Origin: a virus
Lineage: Duplodnaviria; Caudoviricetes
IMG/VR virus record: IMGVR_UViG_3300028888_000049
Direction: 5' to 3' (one strand)
DNA: 64,000 nucleotides
The notes under the pieces are model-generated. The model saw only the letters and a program-made list of their open reading frames with translations, had not been told where the DNA came from and ran no database searches. Numbering within the stretch: the stretch's first letter is position 1; the number at the start of each line of letters is the position of its first letter. The translations under genes were made by a program, and so were the position numbers. Positions 34,520 through 44,738 of this stretch are shown here, one piece after another.

Positions 34520-35104
34520 ATGCAAACTAGAAAATCAAAAGGATTACAAGTAGATCATACTAATGAAATGGTAGGTAAATATTATATTGATGCTTTTGTA
34601 GGATTTGATAGTCATAGAGTAGCTGTCTATAAAGCTCATTGTGTAGATTGTGGTAAAGTGATAATTGGGCGTTATCAAAGAATTAAAAATAATAGATTTT
34701 GTAATTGTGACCTTATAAAAATTAATAGTGAAAATCGATTTAATAGAGTACGCAATAGGATAGTTAAAGGTTATAAAGTACTTGATTATTATATGTCTCA
34801 TAATGCATTACATTATATATTAGAATGTGTTAATTGTCATAAGAAAAATTATATTATAGCTTCTCAATTAAAGACTGTTAAAAGATGTACATGTCAGCAT
34901 TGTGATACAGGAAGATTAAAAGGTAAACATGATGGTGAAATCATAGGTGATTTTATTTTAGAAGATACAGGTGAGACATTAAAAAACAATAGAAATAGAA
35001 AGTATAAAGCTGTTTGTATGTATTGTGGAGATATTAAGTTTGGACAATATGGTGATTTAATAAAAAGATGTAGTTGTAAACATAAAAAGTATGGAAATAA
35101 TTAA
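34520..35104 (+). CDS. protein with three CxxC...CxC zinc-ribbon repeats (homing-endonuclease-associated type)
   Basis: CVDCG..CNC, CVNC..CTC, CMYCG..CSC; no nuclease motif seen. Confidence 0.7.
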   Translation: MQTRKSKGLQVDHTNEMVGKYYIDAFVGFDSHRVAVYKAHCVDCGKVIIGRYQRIKNNRFCNCDLIKINSENRFNRVRNRIVKGYKVLDYYMSHNALHYILECVNCHKKNYIIASQLKTVKRCTCQHCDTGRLKGKHDGEIIGDFILEDTGETLKNNRNRKYKAVCMYCGDIKFGQYGDLIKRCSCKHKKYGNN

Positions 35105-35777
35105 TATGGAAATGGTAAGTATTACACTTGTAGATAATAAAGAGCGTGAGTTATGTACTTATAAAACAGCTCGTTTTCTTGCATTAGAGTTAGTAGAATA
35201 TTTAAGTAATAGTTATTTTAAAACACATATGGCTAAAACTCAGCCTTGTAAAGAAGATTTAGTTAATTTTTTGTATCCATGCTTAACTAGTAATAGTGAC
35301 GAAATAATTATTTATCTTAATGCACTTGATAAATTAGATAATGACTTTGTTAGATTAAATCCAAAAAGACATGCTAAAGTATTAATTAGAGCTTTGTTAG
35401 CTGGTGTTAGAAGCGCTCATAAAAATCACAAATTACTAAATAATAATGATTTATATAATAACGGTATTCCAATATTTGCGATAGATGATAAACTTAATCA
35501 TACATGGATAGCAAGATTTTCTAATTTTAAAATTAAAGTATTTATTGCATATTTAATGAGAGTTTATAAATTAGATAAAAATATAGCATATGATCTTTAT
35601 AAAAATGCTATTAAACATAAAGAATTAGGTATAAATTTTGATAAAGTACTTGGTGAAGAAACGAAAAATTTTTTAATTAAACTTTATAGTCTTTCAAAAT
35701 ATGATGATTACAAGTTACATTATCTGTTAATAGAAGATTTTGAAAATGAATATCGTAAAAAATATTCACAATTATAA
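35091..35777 (+). CDS. hypothetical protein
   Basis: Long ORF. Confidence 0.8.
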   Translation: MEIINMEMVSITLVDNKERELCTYKTARFLALELVEYLSNSYFKTHMAKTQPCKEDLVNFLYPCLTSNSDEIIIYLNALDKLDNDFVRLNPKRHAKVLIRALLAGVRSAHKNHKLLNNNDLYNNGIPIFAIDDKLNHTWIARFSNFKIKVFIAYLMRVYKLDKNIAYDLYKNAIKHKELGINFDKVLGEETKNFLIKLYSLSKYDDYKLHYLLIEDFENEYRKKYSQL

Positions 35778-35846
35778 TTTTTAGTTTTACAATTAACTTT
35801 TTCGATTGTATATAAACAATTAATAAAATAATGAAAGGTGTAAATA

Positions 35847-36254
35847 ATGACAAAAAATAAAAAGAATTCTAAAGAACAAGAACAATTTGATTGTTGTGGT
35901 AAGTGTGAAGAATGTAAATATAGAGATCATTGTAAGCCACAAGTTTTAAGAAAGAAAGCTTTAGAAAATCCAGATATATTACCATTTCAGGGTGAAGATA
36001 TTAGAAATGTTGCTGATTACTTTCCTCATATTGATGAATTACAAGAAAAAGTTTGTGCAGATGAAGCAGCAGATATTATGGAAGATTTTAAAGAAAAATT
36101 TCCTGATTTTTATGAATTATTAGAAGAATATAGTTGTATGGATTTACATTTGAGATTAGCCTATAAAAATAGTATGAATATATTAGGTTTAATTGATGAT
36201 ACAGAAGAATCTGATACTGAAGAAGAAGATGACGAATTCACAGAAGATTTATAA
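35847..36254 (+). CDS. Cys-cluster protein with acidic tail
   Basis: CCGKCEECKYRDHC; class 1 promoter at 35786. Confidence 0.8.
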   Translation: MTKNKKNSKEQEQFDCCGKCEECKYRDHCKPQVLRKKALENPDILPFQGEDIRNVADYFPHIDELQEKVCADEAADIMEDFKEKFPDFYELLEEYSCMDLHLRLAYKNSMNILGLIDDTEESDTEEEDDEFTEDL

Positions 36255-36266
36255 GAGGTAATTAAA

Positions 36267-36656
36267 ATGAACGTTCCACAAATCTTTGATGCTTTTGGTA
36301 AATATATTGTATATTGTTTAGGTGAAGAATATAAAAATATTGAAAATATGTATTTTAATTATAATACAGGTGTAGCATTATTAAGATTTGATAAATCTGA
36401 TATTTTTGATATGCTTGACGAAGCAGATGATGAAAGTATTTCTTTTGATCAACTTACATCGAGTGAATTTAGTCGTTTTGAAAAATTCATTAATTCTTTA
36501 CAAATTCCGTACTTAGAGCCTAAAAAATTATATTTAGGTGGAGATTTATATTTTACTGTTACTGTATTTGTTGAAATTGCGCATGATGTACAGAATTTAA
36601 AAGAACTCACTAATCTTTTAATAGTTAAAGGCTTTTTATCAAGCGAAGATTTGTAA
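36267..36656 (+). CDS. C-terminal-motif family protein
   Basis: FINSLQIPY...QNLKELTNLLIVKG. Confidence 0.8.
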   Translation: MNVPQIFDAFGKYIVYCLGEEYKNIENMYFNYNTGVALLRFDKSDIFDMLDEADDESISFDQLTSSEFSRFEKFINSLQIPYLEPKKLYLGGDLYFTVTVFVEIAHDVQNLKELTNLLIVKGFLSSEDL

Positions 36657-36725
36657 TTTTTGGTTTTACATTTTACTTTTTATATGTTATTTATAATTTA
36701 TCAATGAATAATATAGGAGAAAGAG

Positions 36726-37673
36726 ATGAAATTATATAAAAGTTATATTGATAAAAATGGTAAGACAAGATGGATTAAGAAAAACTTTAAAGAATTAATC
36801 GAATCTTTACATCCATGTCCAATATGTGGTCAGCATCATCTTCGTATTGATAATACATATGGTTGGACAAATGCTGCTATTTGGTGTCAAAATTGTAAAC
36901 ATCATATAGAAGGTAAAAATTTATCAGAAACAATGGATAGATGGAATGCTGAATTTGAAAAAGTAGAACCAAAATTTGAACAAGCTAAAGATGAAAGGAA
37001 AGAGATGTTAGCTACAATTAAAGAATTAAACAAAATAGAACCAAAAGAAGAATATAATCCAAGAAAAGGCATGGGTGTTCGTATTAAAATTGACGATGAA
37101 GTTTTTAATACATTAAAAGAAGCTGCAGCATTCTTAGAAATTGATTGCTCTTACTTAAATAAAACATTAAAAACTAAGAATCCGGCTATTGTTAGAGGTT
37201 TTACAGTAGAGCGACTTTCTGAATTTCATAAAAGAAATCGTAAAAGTAACAATTTTCGCATTATTAATGAAAATACTAATGAAGTATTTAAAAGTTATAA
37301 AGAATGTGCTAGTAAATATCATATTAAAGCTAAAGATTTAAAACGTAATATTGAATTATTTAATAAATATATTATGCGTACAGGTGAAATATTACGTGTA
37401 ACTACTGAAGAAAATACTTCAAATACTGATACAAATAAAAAGCAAGTTATTAATTCTTTGACAGCAGTAGAAAATTCTGTAGTAATTGATACACCTTCTG
37501 TTAATGATAAAGTTCAGAATATTACAAAAGAAGAAATTAAAGAAAATATAGAAACTCAAAAGTATGAGATCACAAATGCCGTTAAAGCTGGTATTTATGA
37601 TGCTTTAAAAGTTTGTGCAGAAAATGAAGATATTATTACACTGAATAAATTACTTAAAATTATTGCAGAATAG
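36726..37673 (+). CDS. Lar-like zinc finger fused to two NUMOD1-like HTH repeats
   Basis: LHPCPICG..WCQNC..DRWN; EVFNTLKEAA and EVFKSYKECA; class 1 promoter at 36665. Confidence 0.7.
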   Translation: MKLYKSYIDKNGKTRWIKKNFKELIESLHPCPICGQHHLRIDNTYGWTNAAIWCQNCKHHIEGKNLSETMDRWNAEFEKVEPKFEQAKDERKEMLATIKELNKIEPKEEYNPRKGMGVRIKIDDEVFNTLKEAAAFLEIDCSYLNKTLKTKNPAIVRGFTVERLSEFHKRNRKSNNFRIINENTNEVFKSYKECASKYHIKAKDLKRNIELFNKYIMRTGEILRVTTEENTSNTDTNKKQVINSLTAVENSVVIDTPSVNDKVQNITKEEIKENIETQKYEITNAVKAGIYDALKVCAENEDIITLNKLLKIIAE

Positions 37674-37681
37674 GAGTTATC

Positions 37682-38155
37682 ATGAACAGTGTATTTTATG
37701 TTAGTGCTGTAATACTTTGTGTTATATTAATGATATTGTTTGAAAGAATTATTTCACGATTAAAATATGTGCATAAAGTATCAGATTGGGCAGATAATAA
37801 AGAAAGCTATGACGGTATTTGTCGTTATGGTGATGAACATGCAAGAATTTTTCATGATATACATAGTAAACAGTTAAAAGAATTTTTTGAAAAATACAAT
37901 TTAGATGATAGAATTAGTTTTTCTGAATTTTCAATGCTTGTAGAAGCGGAAACAGATAATACTATTTATAAAAAAGTAAATAAAAACGCTTATAAAGTTA
38001 AATATTGTATTTATAAAGATAAATTTGAAGCATTTGAATGCTTTACTGATCCAGAAATTTTTACAAAAGTATATGGTAGTAATGCAATAGGATATTCACT
38101 ATATATTAATGAAAAAGGCGTTTGTTATTGCGTTATTTTGTGTAGAAGGGATTAA
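37682..38155 (+). CDS. N-terminally membrane-anchored hypothetical protein
   Basis: Hydrophobic N-terminus; AGGAG RBS. Confidence 0.8.
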   Translation: MNSVFYVSAVILCVILMILFERIISRLKYVHKVSDWADNKESYDGICRYGDEHARIFHDIHSKQLKEFFEKYNLDDRISFSEFSMLVEAETDNTIYKKVNKNAYKVKYCIYKDKFEAFECFTDPEIFTKVYGSNAIGYSLYINEKGVCYCVILCRRD

Positions 38156-38159
38156 CATC

Positions 38160-38507
38160 ATGGTTAAAAAAGTAATTTATGATAATGAAGAATATAAGAG
38201 TTTACAGGAACTCGCTAATAGATTATGTATCACAAAACAGCGAGTGTGTCAATTAGTTAAAATGCACGGTGATGTATTAACGAAAGAAGATATTCAACAA
38301 CATTTTAATAAAAATTCTGTTAAAGCTAATAGATTTGAAACTAGAATTAATAAAACATTAAAAAAAGTAAATTGTAATACTATTGATGATTTGATTAATG
38401 TTTCTAAAAGTGAATTACTCAGAACTCCAGGAGTTGGAATTAAAGTTGTTACTGAATTAGAAAATAGATTAAGTAAAAAAGGCTTAAAATTTAATGACGT
38501 GGATTAA
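38160..38507 (+). CDS. HTH fused to RNA polymerase alpha C-terminal-domain-like domain
   Basis: SLQELANRLCITKQRVCQL HTH; TRINKTLKKVNCNTIDDLINVSKSELLRTPGVGIKVVTELENRLSKKGL matches the alpha-CTD pattern. Confidence 0.8.
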   Translation: MVKKVIYDNEEYKSLQELANRLCITKQRVCQLVKMHGDVLTKEDIQQHFNKNSVKANRFETRINKTLKKVNCNTIDDLINVSKSELLRTPGVGIKVVTELENRLSKKGLKFNDVD

Positions 38508-38964
38508 GCGAATAACAACAAATGAATTAATATCACAAGCTCATTATAAGGGTATTTCTTTAAATGAATATAAATTTGCTGCTATAATATATGGTCCATA
38601 TAGAAATAAAATATTAAAAAGATTAACTAAAATTTGTAATTGGTCTATTTATTCTAAATTTATAGAATGGGTTGCATGTGGAGAATATCGCTATAATAAG
38701 TTTTATAGATCATATACACAAAAAAGATTATCTCAAGAATGGCCAGTATTCTTTATAGGTACATTTTCAGATAGAATGAAATTTTTATTAAAGTTATCAT
38801 ATAATATAGATATATTTCATTGGAATGATGATACTGATGATAAAATTATTGAAGCAATTAAAAATGAATTAAAAACTAATTGTATAAAAGAAATGCATAC
38901 TTCTCGATATTTTAGAGAAGTATCAGATCAATTTATTATAACAGATAATAGACAAAAAGGATAA
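38494..38964 (+). CDS. hypothetical protein
   Basis: ORF coupled to upstream gene. Confidence 0.75.
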   Translation: MTWIKRITTNELISQAHYKGISLNEYKFAAIIYGPYRNKILKRLTKICNWSIYSKFIEWVACGEYRYNKFYRSYTQKRLSQEWPVFFIGTFSDRMKFLLKLSYNIDIFHWNDDTDDKIIEAIKNELKTNCIKEMHTSRYFREVSDQFIITDNRQKG

Positions 38965-38968
38965 TAAG

Positions 38969-39289
38969 ATGATTAATATTGGAAAAGGAACTTATATTTT
39001 TGTGAGAGCTGGATTTGGAAAAATTAATGATAAATTGTATAAAAAAGAATTTCCTTTATACGATCCAGATTGTAATTGTTGCGGTAAATGTGCTATTATG
39101 CCAGAAAATGATCTTGTAGTACATATCACGATGGATAGAAGTGTTGATTTAGATACTAATGCTTATTTCACAATTGAACCTCGTGCTTATACAGTTGAAG
39201 GTGAAGAAATAGTAGATATTAAGTATTTCATGTTTGTTACAGAAAATACTTCTAAAATTTTTACACCAATTCCTATGAAAAAATTTTAA
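38969..39289 (+). CDS. hypothetical protein
   Basis: AAGGA RBS; CNCCGKC. Confidence 0.8.
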   Translation: MINIGKGTYIFVRAGFGKINDKLYKKEFPLYDPDCNCCGKCAIMPENDLVVHITMDRSVDLDTNAYFTIEPRAYTVEGEEIVDIKYFMFVTENTSKIFTPIPMKKF

Positions 39290-39356
39290 TTTTGGTTTTA
39301 CATTTAACATTTAATTGATAATATGTTTATATAAAAACATAATGAAAGGATAAAAA

Positions 39357-40967
39357 ATGTCAGAAGCAACACGTTTAAAATTACAAGAACAAGAACATAC
39401 AAGAGAAAGAGTACGTTATAATAGACGTCAAGAAGAAAAATCAGAAATTGAAGAAAATACATTTTTTAATATTATGGTTGATCAATCTATTTCACCTGAA
39501 GATAAAGTAAAGCAAGTAGCAAAAGCTTTAACTTTTACTAATGATAAAGAAAAAGATAGAGCCAATATTAAAGAATTTGAGCAATTCAAAGAGTATTTAC
39601 AACAACAATCTGAAGAAATGTCTCGTCAACGTATTCAGATGACTGATACTGGTACTTTTTCAGAACTTCAAAAGGTATATGGTGATTTTAATAATGATTT
39701 GAATGATTTCATTGAAAAGATTAAACCATTAACTGATACTACAGATGCTTTGTATACATTGCGTAAAAATGGTGAAACACGTTCTGTATTAGCAAAAATT
39801 CAGCAAGATAAAGCAAATCGTAGAGATTTAGAAGAAGAGCTTCAAAATCTGATGAATGAACTTTATAATACAGATAATCAACTTAATGATTTACAATTTG
39901 AAAATACAAAATTAGCAGAAGATAAATCTTTCTTCGGATTTGGTAATATTAAACCTGAATCTAAAGCTAAAATTGTACAAAATGAAAGTTTAATTACTCA
40001 ATTAACTACAGTAAAAGAAGAACTTAATACTAAAATAACAGATGTACAAGCAAAATTAACTAATATGGATTCGGGTGAAGGTTATTCTTTTGAAGCACAA
40101 AAGTTAAGAGAGTTATTAAATCTTAATTCAGAAGAGCATATTCAAAGACAAGCTGATTTAGTACAATCTGCTCTTACATTCATTACTACAGGTAAAGAAC
40201 GTTTTGGATCAATTCGTGAACATCTTGGATTAATGGATAAGCAAATTGAAGGTTTAACTGATAATAACAGTAAAATGTTACAAACCTATGCTATTCTTAA
40301 TGATGCTACAAAGCAAGCAGAAGAAGCTAATAAAAAACAAAGAGAAGAATTATTAGCTAAGCCAGAACCAGAGAGTGCTGTTGCTAAAATGCAATTAGAT
40401 TCACAAAAGAGAGATCTTGATGAACATATTGATACAGTTTCTCAATCAACAGTAGATACAATGCAAACTTATGGTGAATTATCTATTGAAGAAATTAAAT
40501 TGCGTAATATGTCAGCTGCAACAAAGAATCAATCTCAAGCTGCTGCTACAATGCATTCTAGAGGTATTGCATCGGTTGCATCTCAGTTATCTGTTGTATT
40601 AACAGCTGTTAATAGTGCTGCGATTAATGAATCTCAAGTTATGGCTTCTGATACATTAACACAGATGGCAAATGTAACTAATGATGTTGCTAAGAAAGAA
40701 TCAATTAGAATTGCAACTGGTCGTGATGATGTTAATATCGAACTTGAAAAGACATTACAAGATCTTGTTGCATTTGGTGATACACAACGTCAAGCCACGG
40801 ATATTACTCGTGATGCTATTGCAACAATGCGTAATAATTTAGACGAATTAGAGAAGTTATCTAAAGATGTACAAGGTGATACTGCTGAATTTGTAGCTGT
40901 TACTGCAGATACTATTTCAGATAAAAAAGAAAAGAAAGCTAGTAAATCATCTAAATCACTTTTTTAG
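39357..40967 (+). CDS. long coiled-coil protein (TelA-like character)
   Basis: 536 aa, heptad-rich, KSFFGFG turn; class 1 promoter at 39297. Confidence 0.8.
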   Translation: MSEATRLKLQEQEHTRERVRYNRRQEEKSEIEENTFFNIMVDQSISPEDKVKQVAKALTFTNDKEKDRANIKEFEQFKEYLQQQSEEMSRQRIQMTDTGTFSELQKVYGDFNNDLNDFIEKIKPLTDTTDALYTLRKNGETRSVLAKIQQDKANRRDLEEELQNLMNELYNTDNQLNDLQFENTKLAEDKSFFGFGNIKPESKAKIVQNESLITQLTTVKEELNTKITDVQAKLTNMDSGEGYSFEAQKLRELLNLNSEEHIQRQADLVQSALTFITTGKERFGSIREHLGLMDKQIEGLTDNNSKMLQTYAILNDATKQAEEANKKQREELLAKPEPESAVAKMQLDSQKRDLDEHIDTVSQSTVDTMQTYGELSIEEIKLRNMSAATKNQSQAAATMHSRGIASVASQLSVVLTAVNSAAINESQVMASDTLTQMANVTNDVAKKESIRIATGRDDVNIELEKTLQDLVAFGDTQRQATDITRDAIATMRNNLDELEKLSKDVQGDTAEFVAVTADTISDKKEKKASKSSKSLF

Positions 40968-40969
40968 AA

Positions 40970-41040
40970 TATTCGTTATAAAAAGTGCTGAAAAGTGGCA
41001 ATTATTCGCTATAAAAAGTGTAAAAGTTGCCACTTCTTCA
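40970..41040 (+). repeat. 18-bp direct repeat interleaved with an inverted repeat
   Basis: TATTCG(T/C)TATAAAAAGTG at 40970 and 41003; AAGTGGCAA...TTGCCACTT. Confidence 0.7.
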
Positions 41041-41058
41041 CTAGAAAAAGGTGAATGA

Positions 41059-41250
41059 ATGTATATAATTGAAGTAGTTAAATATGCTAAAACAAATGAT
41101 GGAGTAATAGAATTACGTAAACCTGTTGGTATATTTAAAAATAAATTTAATGCTGAAGATCACATTGCACTTTATAGTGAAAAATATCTTGATAATGATT
41201 ATAATAGTGAATGTAATCTTGAAATAAGAGAATTGGATTCAGATTTATAA
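41059..41250 (+). CDS. small hypothetical protein
   Basis: AAGGTG RBS. Confidence 0.75.
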   Translation: MYIIEVVKYAKTNDGVIELRKPVGIFKNKFNAEDHIALYSEKYLDNDYNSECNLEIRELDSDL

Positions 41251-41265
41251 AAGAAAGTATTAAAA

Positions 41266-43383
41266 ATGAAAGTAATAAGTGGTCAAGACTATATTAAAAA
41301 TTTTCCTGATTTTAAGTTGATTAATAGGCAAGAAGATATAGAACGTATCTCTTCTATTCTATGTCGTAAGCATAATAATTCATTATTAATTACTGGTCCA
41401 GAAGGTGTAGGTGTAAGCTCTATTTTATTAGGATTACAACTGTTAAAATCTTCTTCTGAAGCTTCTTTTGCAATGCAATCTAAACAATTCTTTTGGTTAG
41501 ATATTGATGGTTTATTTGCAAGTGGTGATAGTCAAGAAATTAATAATGAATTTCAGTCTATTGTTTATAATATGACAAAAACACCTAATTCTGTTCTTAT
41601 TATTCCGAATGCATATACTTTCTTAGAAGGTGCTAGAAATTCAGGAAACTCTCACTTTATGAATATTTTAAATAACGCTGATAAATTAAATACATTTCAG
41701 GTTATTATGGAAGTTAATGATAATCAATTAAGTGAAGTGTATAAAGAAAATTCAGCAATTAATGAATTTTATACTATATATGAAGTTAAAGAATTAAAAG
41801 ATAAATTACTAGAAGAAAGTATCTTAGAAGCGAGTAAAAATCTTGTTAAGTATCATAATATTAAGATTGATGAGGAAGCTGTTAAAGAGGCAATCAAGTT
41901 AACAACAAAATACAGAGAAGATTTTGGTTTAGGTACAGCTCAACCAAGCAGATCATTAAATTTATTAGATAGAGCATTATCATCATATAAACAGGAAGTT
42001 ATAAAAGAACATCCTACATTAAAGAAACTTAAAAAAGAGATAGACGAATGTACAGATGAAGTAGAAAAAGCTAGTTTAACTGAAGTTTATCAAGATTCTT
42101 TTGCAGATTGGATGGAAGCTAAAGAAGAAATAACTAAATATACTAAAATTATTTCAGAATGTGAAACTTTAAGACTACAATATGAATCTGAAATAGAAAG
42201 TATTAAAAAAGAAGAAAAAGAACGTCAAGAAGAACAAGAAAAATTAGGTGCTAAAACGTTTACATCTCTTGTTGGTGATGGAATAGAGTCCAAAAAAGTC
42301 ATTGAGTTAAGAAATAAAATTAAGCTTATTAATGAAGAGATTGTAGATACTCAGAATAAATATAAAGAACTTTCTGATAAGTTTAATAGTAAATTAGTAT
42401 TAACAAAAAATGAGATACTTGATGAATTTAGCTTAATTTCAGGTATTTCTGCTAATAAATTAAATGAAAATGAATTAGAAAACTTAAAAGCATTAGAAAC
42501 TAATTTATTAAATGATGTTTATGGTCAGGATAATATCGTAAAAGCTGTGGCTAATGCAATTAAAGTAGCTAAGATTGATACAATGAAAGATTCTGGCCCA
42601 GCCGCAAGCTTTCTATTTCTTGGGCCGAGCGGTTGTGGCAAAACTTTTCTTTCAAAATCAATGGCTTACAATCTTTTTGGTGATGAAAGAGCACTTATTC
42701 GCTTTGACATGTCCGAATATATGGAAAAGCATGCAGTCGCTAAATTGATTGGTGCTCCTCCGGGATATGAAGGATTTGAATGTGGTGGTATTTTAACCAA
42801 TACAGTGCGCAAAAATCCTATGGGAGTATATTTGTTTGATGAAATTGAAAAAGCTCATCCTGATGTATTTAACATCTTTTTACAAATACTTTCAGATGGT
42901 CGTTTAACTGATAATATTGGTCGTACAGTTGATTTTTCAGAAACAATAATTGTTATGACTTCTAATATTGGTCAAAAGTATTATCTTGATATGTCTTTAA
43001 CCGATGAAGAAGCTAAAGAAAAAGCAAATGAAGAATTAACAAGTATATATAGATCAGAATTACTTAATAGATTTAATGGTCGTGAAAATATATTTCATTT
43101 TCATAGATTATCAATGGAAACAATTCAAAGGATTGTTGCTAGAGAAATTAATAATCTTAAAAATGCTTATAAAGATAAATTTGATTTAAATATGTCTTTA
43201 GAAGAAATAGAAAAATTCTGTAATGATCAATATGATCCAATTAAAGGTGCAAGAGGTTTGCCTGGATATATTAAAGCACATTTAAGACCTAAACTTGTTG
43301 ATTTATTACTTAATAATTTTGGTTTTACTTCTGTTAATATTAAATATAATAATGATATTAAAGATTTTGAACTAATTTATTAA
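41266..43383 (+). CDS. ClpB-like Hsp100 ATPase, no N-domain, inactive NBD1
   Basis: NBD2 intact (GPSGCGKT, RFDMSEYMEKHAVAKLIGAPPGY, LFDEIEKAHPDV); NBD1 Walker A GPEGVGVS and Walker B IIPN are degenerate; coiled-coil middle domain. Confidence 0.9.
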   Translation: MKVISGQDYIKNFPDFKLINRQEDIERISSILCRKHNNSLLITGPEGVGVSSILLGLQLLKSSSEASFAMQSKQFFWLDIDGLFASGDSQEINNEFQSIVYNMTKTPNSVLIIPNAYTFLEGARNSGNSHFMNILNNADKLNTFQVIMEVNDNQLSEVYKENSAINEFYTIYEVKELKDKLLEESILEASKNLVKYHNIKIDEEAVKEAIKLTTKYREDFGLGTAQPSRSLNLLDRALSSYKQEVIKEHPTLKKLKKEIDECTDEVEKASLTEVYQDSFADWMEAKEEITKYTKIISECETLRLQYESEIESIKKEEKERQEEQEKLGAKTFTSLVGDGIESKKVIELRNKIKLINEEIVDTQNKYKELSDKFNSKLVLTKNEILDEFSLISGISANKLNENELENLKALETNLLNDVYGQDNIVKAVANAIKVAKIDTMKDSGPAASFLFLGPSGCGKTFLSKSMAYNLFGDERALIRFDMSEYMEKHAVAKLIGAPPGYEGFECGGILTNTVRKNPMGVYLFDEIEKAHPDVFNIFLQILSDGRLTDNIGRTVDFSETIIVMTSNIGQKYYLDMSLTDEEAKEKANEELTSIYRSELLNRFNGRENIFHFHRLSMETIQRIVAREINNLKNAYKDKFDLNMSLEEIEKFCNDQYDPIKGARGLPGYIKAHLRPKLVDLLLNNFGFTSVNIKYNNDIKDFELIY

Positions 43384-43393
43384 GGAAAATTAC

Positions 43394-43696
43394 ATGAAAT
43401 TATATGCTGAAAATCCAGAAGGTAATGCAAAGGGTGATACTTTTCATTTTGTATATTTACACAGAAAGTTAGAAACTCTTAATGGTTTTGATATCGTAAA
43501 TATAGAAGGTGAAGAACCTGAAGTAGGTATTCATGATGTATCTATAAATATTAAAGGTAAAGACCATGATGCTTTATTATTCTATTGGCAACCGAAAGAT
43601 TGTCCTAATAAAAAAGGATTGATTGTTGCAAAAGATGATAATAAAGGCATTTTAGAAGCAAGATTGGCATATAATAATAAAAAAAGATTTATTTGA
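43394..43696 (+). CDS. hypothetical protein
   Basis: AAGGA RBS. Confidence 0.8.
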   Translation: MKLYAENPEGNAKGDTFHFVYLHRKLETLNGFDIVNIEGEEPEVGIHDVSINIKGKDHDALLFYWQPKDCPNKKGLIVAKDDNKGILEARLAYNNKKRFI

Positions 43697-43707
43697 GAGG
43701 TTTTTTA

Positions 43708-44043
43708 ATGAGTGATTGGACAAATATTTGTGGTGTAATAAGATATGATGCATTTAAAGACTTAAATGTTGAAAAAGCATTTAGTAAAGATTTACCACGT
43801 GGTTCAGAAGGTCCATTAAAGATTATTAAAAATTATACAAATACTGGTGACTGTCTTACTATAATTGGTGATTTAAGAGATTATACAGATTTAGTAAGAC
43901 TTGCAAATTGGTGGAAAAATATTCCTGGTAAATTAAAATCTTGTTTTATAACATATGCTATTTTATATGTTGAATGTGGTAATAAAAAATTAATATTAAC
44001 TGAAGAAGATATGAATAAGGAGCAAGATTTAGATAATGATTAA
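43708..44043 (+). CDS. hypothetical phage protein (LPxGSEG...GDLRD)
   Basis: GAGG RBS before ATG 43708. Confidence 0.8.
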   Translation: MSDWTNICGVIRYDAFKDLNVEKAFSKDLPRGSEGPLKIIKNYTNTGDCLTIIGDLRDYTDLVRLANWWKNIPGKLKSCFITYAILYVECGNKKLILTEEDMNKEQDLDND

Positions 44044-44629
44044 TATTATAGAAAAATTTAAGTATTTAATAACAATATTTTATAGTATTTTTAAGCTTAT
44101 TGAAAAATGCGTTGTTATACCTGTAAAAAGAGTACTTATATTTTGTAAACCCTTTACAAACTGGTATAAGAGTATTTGGAAAAAATATTGTTATGATAAA
44201 TATAGAGATTTTCTATACAAAAAAGCAGTTATTATGATATTTTCCACTATTTGTAGTATTTATATAATATTTTCAATTTTAAGTTTTACTTTTGATTGTA
44301 TATATTATCTATCTACTAAAAAGGTAGAAACTATTTATTTATCAGATTCTGTAGAATTAGAAGAAGATTTATGGAGTGCCAAAGGTTGTCTAACTAAAGA
44401 TTGTAATTCTGATAATGCTCTTTATTTTAGAATAAAATCTACATGGTTTAATAATATTTGGAATTTATGGCATCATAAACAAATATTTTTACCTGATATA
44501 ATTGCATCAGCTGTTCCAACAGGTCAAACACGATGTGAAGTAATTAGTTATGGATTAAGATATAGAATATTTATGATATTTAATTACTATCCTCAAATTT
44601 TACAAGTACAGTGTATCGCTGTAGATTGA
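44036..44629 (+). CDS. single-TM protein with Cys-containing exported domain
   Basis: TM helix AVIMIFSTICSIYIIFSILSFTF; C-terminal SYGLRYR...YPQIL is reminiscent of DUF1523. Confidence 0.7.
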   Translation: MINIIEKFKYLITIFYSIFKLIEKCVVIPVKRVLIFCKPFTNWYKSIWKKYCYDKYRDFLYKKAVIMIFSTICSIYIIFSILSFTFDCIYYLSTKKVETIYLSDSVELEEDLWSAKGCLTKDCNSDNALYFRIKSTWFNNIWNLWHHKQIFLPDIIASAVPTGQTRCEVISYGLRYRIFMIFNYYPQILQVQCIAVD

Positions 44630-44738
44630 GACAAATTATACAAAATTTAAAATTTGGTTTTACATTATAATTAGTATAGTTTATATAATGCTCATGAAAT
44701 GATAAGTGAGTATTAATTAAACATGAAAAGAGGTTAAA

